This document shows positions 24,701 through 38,200 of a stretch of 64,000 nucleotides of DNA, in pieces (positions within the stretch are counted from its first letter, which is position 1; each line of letters begins with the position of its first letter). The DNA comes from Oopsacas minuta (taxonomy: Eukaryota; Animalia; Porifera). The DNA is taken from positions 930,001 to 994,000 of the forward strand of contig JAKMXF010000365.1 of the NCBI GenBank assembly GCA_024704765.1. The letters run 5' to 3'. The translations under genes and the position numbers were made by a program. A model generated the notes under the pieces. That model was not told where the DNA came from and searched no databases. It was given only the letters and a program-made list of their open reading frames with translations.

Positions 24701-27700
24701 TGGGACTACATTTTTCGACATTTAAGACCAATGATTGTAGAGGATTGCTGAAGATGTACTCCAGATGCTTGCCTATCCCATGAATTAGTTAAACAGTCGA
24801 ACTAACGACAACCAACGAAGTTAAAAACAATGAAAACTTCAGAATTCAAACTAATGCATGAAGGGGTTGGATGTTATAGGATGATCGATGATCGTTGGAA
24901 TATTTCGAAATACAGTTGAAATCTGTTTTTCTAACTATTTCTTTTCATGTAAGAATAAATAGAAAGTTAGAATAAACTGACAGTAAATATTTTGAAGTGA
25001 GAGTACTATAGAGTAAACAGTTTTGATTGATCTTGCTAGTGGAAACTGAATAAAATGAATACTTCAGGGATATGGAGAGTTTCCATTTGAATACTGCAAT
25101 GATTCAATGACTGAAATATAAGCAATAAAATTGGACGTACCTTTTGCAGAGAGAACACTTCATGATGAGATCTCCATCCAGATAATTAACTGAACAAATA
25201 TGACATGATGAACGACTACCACAAGGTGCACATAGTGTGAAATCTTTCTGCCAGGTACCGTTAATCCCAGGAGAGTCAGACGCACACTGAGTGCACTTAA
25301 CACACCTACATAAGAGGTCTCATATAAAATACACCGATACAGCATACAGATAGAACTGAGTGGAAACTCACCAACTACACTTCCATGGTCCCTTAGGCAC
25401 AGATCTGAGCGGAGGTTTAAGACAATAAGTGTGATAGAGTATGTCACATTGATCACACATCAAGAGACACGCCTCATCCGTAGCCAGACCACATCCCTCA
25501 CAAGAGGCACATTTAGGACATCTCCAGCCGTGTCTCAGTCTGGATGAGGGTACCTTAGTTTTGAGACAGTAGTCGTGGTATGAGTTAGCGCATTGAGCAC
25601 AGACAAGGAGAGAGCTGTCTTTACCTTGCCCTCCAGCTCCACAGCATGCACACAAATCCTAACAGTAGATAGCAATTAAAAGTATGTCACAAAATGGTAC
25701 TGATGGTATTTTGCCGCATTACCGATTATCTACCAAACAACTTAAGGGAAGGGTAGAAGCGCTTGCGTTTGGAGGCTGTCCCTGCGCTCAGAGGGAGTCA
25801 ATTTAAACACAATTGAATATCTTTATACCAAGAAATAAAAAATTGGCAAAGAATAACGCTAACTCTAACAGCAAACTGCAGCACTCGCACTAGTACTATT
25901 TAGCTTACAGAGAGTGGGTGTGACCGCCGGAGTGCTTGCTGTAAAGTTTCCCAGATATAACCATTTCCTGATGAATGTAATTAAATAACGATTACTAACC
26001 TTCTGATAGAGTAGGAATCTACTCATGTAAGGGAATATAAGAGGTCTGAAAGAGGGTAAGTGATCTATCTCTAGTCCTGCTTTACCGTTGAACTCCTGCT
26101 AATAAGAAAATAATTATCATATAGCTTAAACTAGAATGAAGACACTACCTTTCCTCTGTAGTACTTCCTTTTACCTTCTTTAAACAGATTCCTGAAACGA
26201 TTAGTTAACGCCCCCTTAGGCAGACCTAGCTGACTGGTGAGCAGGTTACGCAGTCTGTTCTTCTTCTTCTTGTTACGGACAGTTATACGTTTGAGGTTTA
26301 GTCGGGAGGAGGGGAGGGGTCTTCTCTCCTTGCTGATACAAACTCCTGGGGTATATGATTCCAATATCTCTCTTTTCTAAGTGTGGACAGTAGAATAATG
26401 AAGCTTTTATACAAAAAATATTTACAAGTGTTTTCCGAATAGAACATCTATTCGGAAAAGACGTAATCTCAGATAGTAGCTACGAATTTTTGTTCCCGAA
26501 GGTGTACGTTTTATCCGAGTTTGCTGTACCAAAGAAAAGAATTAGCTAGTCAATCTATAACATAATTACAAAATAACTATACTACAATTCTTGATTTGAA
26601 CAAATAACGAACGGAATGGCCTGTGAATCACTAATTAACCCCTATCTCCCCTTTATCAATACAAATACATAAGTATAATACACATACCTTTAATCTCTTG
26701 CTAACAGAGTCTTTATGAAATAGTGTTAGACCGCTGTTTAACTTAAGATTAGCCTCAAATTCTTCTTGAGTCTGTAATTCAATGTTTTTATCCAACTTAT
26801 CCAGATTCTTATCATCCATGTCATCTTCATACACAACCATCTCAGAACCAACTCCTAACAAACTGTCCCCTATAACACCATCAGAGGTCCCACTCATCAG
26901 GTCACTACCTTCCTGTAACACTACTATAGTGTCTGGTACCATGATAATCTCTTCGAGCTCAGTCTTACCAGCTGTGCAGTCACTTATTACAGCAACTGAA
27001 TCAGCTGACTCAGTCGTGTCACCTGGTATTGGGGTACTCACTTTTAACGCCTCTTCTGATGCCAGGAATATGTTCACTCCCTAATATAGATATAGTTAAA
27101 GAGTGTTACACAAATATTATATACCTTCTAAATGTTCTACAAAATACCGACTTAATTCACTGATCCAATTACACAATATTATGCAGAAATACGCAATATC
27201 TATATCATCATATTTTAATTGTCTCCTTGCGAACACTTTGTGTTCGCAAGCCCGCAACGCGATAGTAATATATAATTTGTCAGTGAAACGCAATTCATGA
27301 ATATATAATATATAATCCTATTATTCTGCTATTTCCTATTCATCAATGTATGTACAATTTGTTGCAAAGTTAGCAGCACCATGCATAAATGAAATATTTA
27401 CGACAGCTAAGATTTTCAGTTAACGACAATAGTTAATACGTAGTAATTACCTTAGCTTCTCTACACTCTGGACAGAAGTATCTGCTCTTGGGTCTTCCTA
27501 GCATGTCATATGTCTGTCTGTTGATCTTGTCACATTTCGCATGTATCCACCTACAAGCACACACAAATATCAATGCAAACGTATACGTTAAATATAGTAC
27601 AATTAATGTTTGTACTTTTGGCAGTAGTCACACTGTATCATAGGAATGTCTGTGACTTGCTTATAAGCTCCTTGACAGATGAAGCAGTAGGATCCTTTTG

Positions 27701-29156
27701 AACGCAACTGGTTACATCTGCTGCATATTGTGTAGCCACCGTGCCAGCGGCAAGAGGGACCATTCCCAGCTGACTTGGAGTTACAGTCTATACAGCAACG
27801 ACATTCCTACACGAATAAAAGATGAATTAAGAATAAATCTAAAGTTATTGTAAATAATTGAACAGCAATAAGAGATATTTGTTAGAACTAACTTCACAAC
27901 GCCATTCAGAACTAGGCATAGTAACTAGTCCTGTACAGCTAAGATGTATAGCTTTATCACATGAAGAGCAGACCAACAGCTGATTTGCATCTTCTCTCAC
28001 ACTACAATGATATCACATAATCATCAATAAACAGCTCAAAATAACTCTGTACAAGATTACAATACTAAAGTAGAAAAGAATCCCAAAAGAACCGGACAGT
28101 TAACCTAGAATGCTGTCCTATGTTATCCTACCTGGTATTATATAACTACACTTACTTGCATTTCTGACAGATTTTACAAGCTTCACAGGTCCACCCAGCT
28201 CTGAGGTAGGTAGTATCATTTACTGAGAGACAATAAGGATGCCAATACCGACCACATTTGTTGCAAGAGAGTAACTTAGTATCTTCATTACCCTTTTCGT
28301 TGCAAATCAAACAACAGTCTATATTGAATAATAAAAATAATACGTAGGAGTATGACACTTACGTACATAGATTTGAGTACAAATCTAGTTTGATGAATGT
28401 GTACAGACAGTACACAACCGTCGCACTAGCTTTATACAAGTATGATATTAGTGAAATAGTGATCTAAAATCCACATAATCACCAATTATTACCAATATTC
28501 TTAACTAATCCAGTCTAAACTTCATCCACCAAGTAGATATCAATTTAAAATACCCAATTTTACAACAAGGAGGTAGTCAGACATCCGGACACATCTAGAC
28601 ATCCAGGAGTACGCTCAGAATCAGTGTACTTGATTACCCCGGTATAACCGTTGAAACCAAGGTTCTAAGAAAATTTAGAATTGCTTACTTATATACGCCT
28701 AAATAATATATATTTCCAATATGTTGCGGACGATATCAGATTTGGAATAAGTGTACTCCATTACCCTAGTATAACCCTTGAAACCAAGTTTCTGGAATTA
28801 TTTTTAACAATAAATTTACATATGAGAAACTTGAAAATGCGGAATTTGGATTCAACGTACTTCGTTACTCTATTGTAGCCGTTAAGACCAAGTCTCTGCG
28901 TATATTTAAGATTTCAATTAGTTGTTTACTTTATATTCATAAAAACAAGAATAAATTTACATCTGATTAATTCAAAAGTGTGAAAATCAGATTCAACATA
29001 TTAGATATTTTATTAAAGTCTTGTTGAATTATGTTTACTTTCTTGGTTAAACACGATCTAAAAATGCATGGTCATGCCACATCTCAGAATTGAGAAATTC
29101 GAATTCAATACAACATTCCATAAATCCTTTCCTTGACAACGGACAAACAGACAGAC

Positions 29157-29251
<95 letters not shown>

Positions 29252-32200
29252 TAGACAGACAGACAGATAGACAATAATAGCAAGTTAATAAGATAGATTC
29301 GAATGCACCATTAACTTAGCAAATGAATTCAATTATTTTGGCAACTGAATTAAAGATTCAATTATTCTGGCAAATGGTTAAAATTATGCGCCCTATATAT
29401 TGGTATCATTTCAACATTTTCCTTTGTAGAGTGTGGATTCATATACTCACACACATCAGGTACTTCACTACATCCACATATCCGTCCTCAGGCGTTGCGC
29501 CTTCTCAGCTATAATCGAATTTTCAGTTCGGTTGCCAAAATAATTGAATTCAGTTGGCTAGATAATATTACATTCGTATAATGGATTGTTTCTATGGAAA
29601 ATTGCAATATTTTCAGGTGTAAGAGGAATTAGGTATTGCAAGCAGGAATTCAACCTAGGAGTAGGATGGTATAAATCCAGATAAGATAACTCACTCTGTG
29701 ATAATTCTGAATGTTTAGGGCAGAATAGTTGGAAACATTTGAAGTCCTATACAAGAATAAGAGTTAATAAAGAGATGAAATAGTACAATTTTATACAAAT
29801 CAATAGCTGCATTATAGGTTGCAAAAGTATTCACATGTAAAGAAATAAATACTCAGCTAGTAAGCTAGTTACTAGCTTGTGCATATTCGGTATCAAGGAC
29901 AAAGTTCCCTGAAATTGTGTGTGATCGTGCAAATATAACCCGATCAAAGTTGTATGCATTAGTCCATTTGCGTTATTTACAAATTATGCATATAGACTAA
30001 AGTGTGTGCGTAGGCCTACACTATAAGAAAATAAGCTTTTCCGATTTCTTATATGTCAATGAGACAAGGAATGGGGTATTGAATACTGATGTGATTAGGC
30101 TCAATGTTTCCAGGTTGTATAGTGAAATTCGATGTACATATATAATTGTGTATATGATATATCATAAGTATATTTCGTTTCTATAAATTTGTGAAAACTA
30201 TAAACCAAATTATCAGAAAATCAACTCAATGAATTATCACAGGTGAGATATTTCAATATGTATCATGTAGTGTGTATTTTAAAAAAATATTATGAATTAT
30301 GAATATAATAAGTGATAGAAATATTGTTACATTTATGAAGATTATTCTAGAAATGAAGCAATATTAACTCTAATCATTGTTATAATTACCATTGAAACTC
30401 CTTGCATCAGAGCACACGGGTAGTGATAGTAGGAAGCACAGTCAGGAGCAGAGCATCGAATACCAGCGCCATTTTGATGGCAGTATTCACATGACTAAAT
30501 GGAGACAAAATTATATAAATTATTAGAATTTATAACCGTTCTACGTAGGAGTAAATGACTCATGAATTATAGTTAGTCATCGGATGAAAATTATGTATTT
30601 ATAAGCAATAGCAAAGTTCAATAATTAAGCAGCAAGCTGAATTGGAGGAATAAAAAGATCCAGTACGTAATAAATACAAATTACAGTCAACTCCAGTTGT
30701 ATTTAAGCTCAAGGGACCGCGATAATTATTTCCATATATATATACCTAGGCGGAGTTCGATATAACCGATGGAAATATGTTACTTTGGCGGTTGAAACCA
30801 TGTTTGTAAAATTTCAGACATAAGAGAGGTATTTCGATATTTCCGTGTTCGATATAACAGAAGTTGATTGTATAAACTATAAATGTTAAACGAAACTCAA
30901 ATTCACATCTTCATGACTTAACATTTGTTGATGGCCATTTTAGAAGTGCTAGTAAATATGTCATTCAGCCATGTAGATCAAGTTATTCGCAGGACCAGAT
31001 CAATACGCTGGAAAATCAAATAAGTCATTCGCATGCGATACCCTCCTGGCTAATTATAGTAACAAACAAACTTCCAAAATGTGTAAATAAAAGACCCTTG
31101 AGTGTTTCTGAATGCAGAATTACCTATTTGATATATGTTTTATAAAAGATGTATGTACTGAAGTATCTCTTACTAGTAAACGTGAAAACAGAGATACGTA
31201 CATCATGTTTTGATATTTGAACAGTACATAAAGAGAGGTACAAAACCTTCCGAACAACACTACCAATTTCAAAAAGAAGTCATTTGAATTAGACTAGTGT
31301 AGAAATAGGATTACAAATCCCATTTTTTACGGATAAGTTAGCACATGTTTTTGGAATATGATATTTACACAATAATATTGAATTACATTATGTCTTTGAT
31401 CATTTTGTCTAATTTTCTATATTAAGATTTGCAATTTTAAAGGTTCAGATTACCGTGGGTATCTGCAATAATTTATGCCTATCATTAACGATTTCATCTG
31501 ACTCCAAAAAATCGTTTTGAATATAAGGAAGAATCTCTCTAATTACATACATACCGTTAGCCGTGTTAATTACATACATACCCTTAGCCGTGTTAATTAC
31601 ATACATACCCTTAGCCGTGTTAATTACATACATACCCTTAGCCGTGTTAATTACATACATACCCTTAGCCGTGTTGTTGTTAAACATTATCGTATCATAT
31701 ATGTATATATAAATACAATGCGTCATTCAGTTTGCAAATTATTATCAGACTTTTGCATCCAAGTTTTGCAGCACTCCTAAATGAGAAGGTTTTTATCCAA
31801 AAGGCACACCCTGTAGGGTTGTATCTCTGAAAGGGGCCGTTGAGCGAGTGATTGTAATAGAGGGTTTTGGGACTTTGCCTCCAAAAAATTCAATGTTAAA
31901 CTGTTAAGATCGATTTACAGCCTCTTTTGGTACGTTGACTAACAATAGAGAAAAATATATCTGACAGTATACAATATTTTAAGAAGAGTCCAAAGGGCAC
32001 TGTGCCCTCTGGAAAGAGGCTAGCGAGAACACTGCTCATAATTAAACATTCGTTGACTGTATCTGTGTATACTACTCGATACATAGGAGAGGCTATGGTA
32101 GTTGTCTGTTCCGAAAAACCAACAAGTTATCATAATTGTATCGACAATTTATATAGTAGATCAGACTAGTTATCTCTTGTAACGGTAGTATGTCCGTACA

Positions 32201-35200
32201 GATTTCTCGTAAGGAATTAATCTAGTTATAGCAATGATGCTGATTCATAGGACACTTGTTTTGGTAATTTTTTATTTTATTTTTTAATAACTCTACTCAA
32301 TCTGGGTTCCAGATAACGAAGGTATACGTACGCTTGCAGTATCCAGTGAAATTTTGTTAGAATAACAACTGCGGATAAACGTATACAAATTTCAGTTCCC
32401 TTCAATGCCTTTCAAACAAAAATCACTTCATTTAGGTGAATCCGGGATAAGAAGTATATATTTTGATAAATTCCCTTTGTGTCTAAATTTTCAGATTAAT
32501 AAGAGTCAAATTAGACTACGTGACAAGTATAAAGTATTATACAGCATAAATAAGAATACATTGTTATCCTAATTATTCAACAATATAACGCTTTATTTTA
32601 GGATAATCCTAGCGGCCTACTATTTGATTGCAAGGATAATAAATTCAAACTAATATCAAATTGATAAATAGGTATAGGTGCAAACTCAAGTATATTTTGT
32701 CCTCACTACAGTGAATACACATTAGTAAAGAAACTATATACGTATTCAGAAATGTTCCAAATTACACAAAATGTAGGTACAAGCACAACATTTATGTTAG
32801 GCATTACTTTACTTTCAGCTATCAATAGAAAGAAGCAAATTAGAGAATTCCCTCAATGAAGTTAGAGATATGCATAGTATCGTGATTATAATTATAAGTG
32901 GTTGGTAGTGTAGAGAATTAGGCTTGTACTCGGTATTGTTGAAACATGCGCTATGGACAACACAAAGATAATTACCAGTAAAGTATGGTGATTCCCATAG
33001 CTATTCGAAATGCATACAAATGCTGTAACATAAGTAAGCCAACGTAATTATAGAAAAGTATTAATTTTGCTATAGGATTAAGAAAATATCTAGATATTAT
33101 GTCCAGTGCAGCTATTTAGGACAATATATTATGCATTCTACTATCAATAAGTACAGTGGGTGCTTGCTAGGATAAGACATTAAGATTGGTGCAAATTCAA
33201 GTCATATGAATTGATTAAGCATGGAGGGTAATATGCATACACAATAGGATTTACTTATGGTAAAGAAAGGTTAGTCTTCGGATAACCTCTAGAGCTGAGA
33301 CAGACAAAATAATACTATAGGTATTGGTAATAATAACGAAAACCATACAAATTATTGTTCATAAGGATATTATATAGAGTTCTGCCAAATAAGAAAATGA
33401 TCAAAAATGAATTTATTAATTGATCTGCATATTGAATACGTAACTAGAATATTGTCCGTCCAATAAATATAATACCATCTATTGAAATAATAACTGATGT
33501 ATAATTATATAAATATCTTTTCTAGGTTACAAAGATGAATATTCACCAAGAAAGATTCAACAACTGGTGAGTGGTATATTCTTCATAGATTATAGATTGT
33601 TTCGGGATACGTTTGAATGATTTCATTACTTTATAGCAATTGAATACTTATATTATGTGTATTTGATAAATAAGGAATGCTAACTAATGAATCATATGTA
33701 TATTGAGTTAATGAGTGTACTAATTAGTAGTTATATCCATAAATAATAATGTATGGATACAAGTTTAGAGGTAATGTAGTAAATATTTATAAATCTCCAA
33801 ACGTGATAATTCTATATATTTTAATATCATCTGTAGCATAATGAATTAGAGCTATTGTGTAGGTTGATGCTGTTTTGGAATGGCTGATATTCATAAAATG
33901 GAAATATGTAAGCACCTAGCTTCAGCCTGTTTAATGAATTTATGGATCAAAATTCGGCTATTTCAACCACGTTATACAGGGTATTCGGAGTACGTAGTAC
34001 GCTCCTTGTGCTCCTCCTCTCTTAAAATTTCATACGCCTAAATCAGTAAATTTGTTATGGTATAGGGAAAAATCTAATTTTTACGCTCCTAAATATGATA
34101 TCGTCAAAAATCATACGCCTATAGGAGCTTCCAGCGCTCCTAAATAATTCCTTGGTTTCAAGACACTAACTTACGACATAAATTGTATGTCTGTTTTCGA
34201 TATAACTGTATTTAGATTTACCCTACAACTATGACTATATATTTCCTCAGTTTTGGGACATCCATTTAGTAAATTTCGTTCTCAAACAAAAGTATTAAAC
34301 ACTCCTTTTCGGAATTTTCGGAGCACATAGAAATACTATTATGTACTACATTTGCATAAATTTCTAGAAACAAGAAGATCGATATAACACAAAAATACAG
34401 TGGAACCTCAGAAGTAGGATCACCCATGGGTCCAAAAAATATGGTCGAAATTCAGGGGTGGTCGTAATTCTGAAACATATTAGTATTTGTCTCCTATCAA
34501 ACGTTTGTAACCTTATTAGATTTATCTAATTTCTTCTGGAGATTAAGTTTATTTCGTATATCAAGAAACTACGATATTTTCACATTAGTTTGCCTTTACA
34601 TTTATTCTAATATAATATAGAATTGACTGAATAGTGGAATATGACTGGATGTTCCAACTTGTGTTATTATATGGCTCCAACCGAATAATCCAATTTTCGA
34701 TTCAACCAGAGGCGTAGCTCGAGTGCTGCACATGCAGGGGCGGTCCCAGGATTCCAAATATGGGGCTAATTCCTGTTTGACCCCCCCCATGGGACCGCCA
34801 ATGCACATGGGGGCATATTCAGCACTGCCGCACTATCGTATGGTCCTAACCTGGATAGTATGTTCCACCGAATAATATTTGGCGGATACTTTATAGTTGG
34901 TAGCAAACGAATTTTTTGTTGTTGGAACTTGGAACCCACTGGCGAGGCTAGGAGCACAGGATGGTGCCATAATACATTCTACGAAAATTTTAGTTGTGGA
35001 ATATGCCGTAGGTGCATTGGCGGTCCAGGAGGGGGGCAAACGGGCATTTTAATTAATTAACCCATATTGAAATCTTGGCCTAGGCCTTGCCCCGGGTATC
35101 CAAATCCTGGGACCGCCCGTACGCATGTGCAGCACCCGAGCTACGCCATCGAAAATTGGATCATTCGGTTGCAGCCTTGTAATACCACAAGTTGAATATT

Positions 35201-38200
35201 CAGGCATACTCCACAAGATTCCAGGCGTATTTGATATTAGACGAATTACTAATAGGCGGTGTCCACTGCATTTATGTTGTTAGTTAATATTCTGCTTGAT
35301 AATTGCTTAACATATAGATTGCTTGAACTAACTATTATTACAATATTAATTTTGTTTCCTTTACACAAAGTACTTCTGTAACAGTTCGTTAACTAATTAA
35401 TATATGATATTCCAACTTCTGGGAAAATGCGTTTCATTCATTATTTTTTGTTAATGTAAATATGTACAAAAACTCTACAATAATGAATATACACATTTTT
35501 ACCCGAAAATTTTTATATTTCAAATAAAAGGGGACCCTTCATTAAGTAAAATCGATGTTGGCATAAGGGCAAAAATGTAATTATGTATAAAGTCGATTTC
35601 ATATGTTAACACACTGTCGAAATTCACAGTTAACTAGTTCCTACCTTGTCGTATCTGCCATTTATGGAGTTAATTTCTAGCCTGGATTAATCGTTCCTAA
35701 CTCGCGGCAACATATGATATTCGATAATATGCATTCTGCTGAATATAAACCATTATTTGTGCATAATTAGTCATTGCGAATTTGATACGCTACCTAATCA
35801 CATAAATTTAATGTATAGTATCCCCTAGCCCCGTAGTTAGCACAATTGAATTTGTCAAGTTACCCTATAATGCTGTGCGTAGTATGCTAACCCTGCAAAT
35901 GTTGGGTTATATAATACCTAACCAACAGGAGTATAGGACCATCTTCAACAGCAATATGCCATGTTCCAAGCTTAACAGTAAGAATACTTATCACTCTATT
36001 ATTACTGGTATCCACATTGCATGCACGTATATATTCGTAGTTATAGCTATCAGGATCAATGAATTTTCTAAATTATTAGACAAATAATTCTGTTTGAATT
36101 CATGAAAACTATTCATCGAAAATAACTGACATATTTACCCTATTAATACCTAATTAGGACTTTGTATTCCACGTTATTACCAAATAATAGAAAACTTAGT
36201 GGAATAATTCGCTACTCTCAGTTAATAAATTCTATAATTATACATTTAAAATGTAATATAATTATCACCAATACGTATAACATTGTAAGTGAATGCAAAT
36301 TACTTTATTGTATGATTTCGCCGATGATAAATTAACTCTATTTTCTCAATATCGCGTTAATATCCATGACCTTATCTTCATGCACTATTATATCTATTAT
36401 ATTATCGCTATCCACTCAAGAAACATTTTCCATCTCAATGGGGGAAGGCAGAAATTTCTCAAAAATATTTTCATAATAATTTTATCGTTAAGACTCTAAT
36501 TGTTAGTCTCTTATATCCTATAACTAATATCCAGGGTTGACGTGGGAATGGGGAATCAGGGGAATTCCCATATGGTAAAAACATGTAAATTCCTCTGTAC
36601 TAAGCCAGGTTCTCATGAAATGTATTAACTTTGTCCTGGGTTGCCATGGGAATGGGAATCATTTCTTTCTGTGCGAAAATAACCTACATAAGGTGCTATC
36701 CCCATGTTCATAACACATTAGGGTGCGCGGCTTGCCAAACTCGAGATGAATCCCTGCCTCAAATAGCTACAGTGATTCAGTATTTTTCAAATATTTAGAA
36801 TTTCTAGTCCACTCCCTGAGTATATCCGTCTAGCCTCCCTACACTTCCCTCCGAGCATTTTGGGGTTGGAGATTGGGACCTGGTTATGAAAGTATTCTCA
36901 TGTAAAATTCTTACCCATTAGCCTAAAACTCCAAATCAATCTAGAGACTGATCTTTCATATTTATATCTATCTAAGTTGTGTAATACGTTAATCTCGAAA
37001 TAGGAGATTTGTACATTTTTAGACTTGTATCTATCACATAATTATCAAGTGTTACAGAATTTTGTTAACAAAGCTGATATTTCTATTAACAATTCGAGAA
37101 CTTCTGTTTTCATGCAAAATATATATAGCATAAATCAGCCCAATAGAAGTTACGTCACCAAAAATTGTAGATTGAACGTATAATACGTAATACGTCTTCA
37201 TTAAAATACGTATTAAACAACTCAGATAGATGTCTATAATAGTAGTATATATAAAATTTGATACTATTTGCAATGTCGATGATTTACTATTAGCATTGTT
37301 ACAAGAATTTGTGTATACAGCCTTAAGTGGATAGACTCAAATACACTTGTACTTCACTATCATTTATCTAGACGATAAATTGTAGTGAAGTACATACAGT
37401 AGGTTAATACTTTAACGAGCAAACCTTAGAAATGTGTACTTCTTATCTCGAGTACACAATAACCAGAGCAATATCAATTGACCTGATCCTGTGTAATATT
37501 TTTTCCTTCTTATCCAGAAATTCGTATGAACCCTGTTCGTACTAACGAAGTTCTACTTTATGTAAACATACATCCCAAATGACCAGGCAGACTAGCATTT
37601 GGAACAAAATGTCTCTACGATATTTTCATATTTCTACTATAATTAAATTCTGGAAGAATGAAAGGACCGCAATTGGAGCCCTTTCCATTTTTCTTGGAGG
37701 GGGAGCGGATTTTGCTCTTGTCCTGTGTAAGGATCAGAGGTGAGAGCATCGCTCCTTTATAGGCCAAGAGAGCGGAGCGTGAGCGAACTCCAAAAAATGA
37801 GGACCGCTTAATTCTTTGATTATTCATGTATAAATTTATTGCACATTTTATATCATAGACTCCAAGCTTTTAATCTCCAAATGCTGGTCATTATTCTGGA
37901 ATCAGGTAAACTGCAAAATATAGTCATGCAATGATAATAGTTTGGTATGACTATTACATTAGATTCGTATTATAAGTAATCAGGATTGAATTTAACGATT
38001 GTACATTCGGGAAATTACTAACGTCAGACAAATTCAACAGATTTGTATATATTGTTGTGAATTATGAAAAGTACTCCGGTAGCCACACTTTATACTTAGC
38101 AACAATACCGAATTTTATGCAGAATAACGATGAAATTTGTATAATGTTTGTATTCAAATAGGAGCGGCGGTTCACCTTCTGCTCCTGAGTCCTAAATGGA

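Noticed and set aside
28363-28430. Possible extra KMT2C/D exon (phase 1-1, [20 protein letters not shown])
   Set aside because: Splice sites are plausible, but the peptide does not resemble the ePHD-PHD linker and the flanking exons already join in phase; left out of the model.
29047-29283. ORF of (LSVC)n and ORF 31445-31726 of (NTAKGMYVI)n
   Set aside because: Artefacts of microsatellite and minisatellite translation.
29451-29501. Ankyrin-like peptide [15 protein letters not shown] on the minus strand
   Set aside because: Only 17 codons, preceded by a stop; cannot support a gene.
31541-31675. CRISPR-like 27-bp repeats
   Set aside because: Repeats are contiguous with no spacers, no cas genes are present, and the context is eukaryotic.
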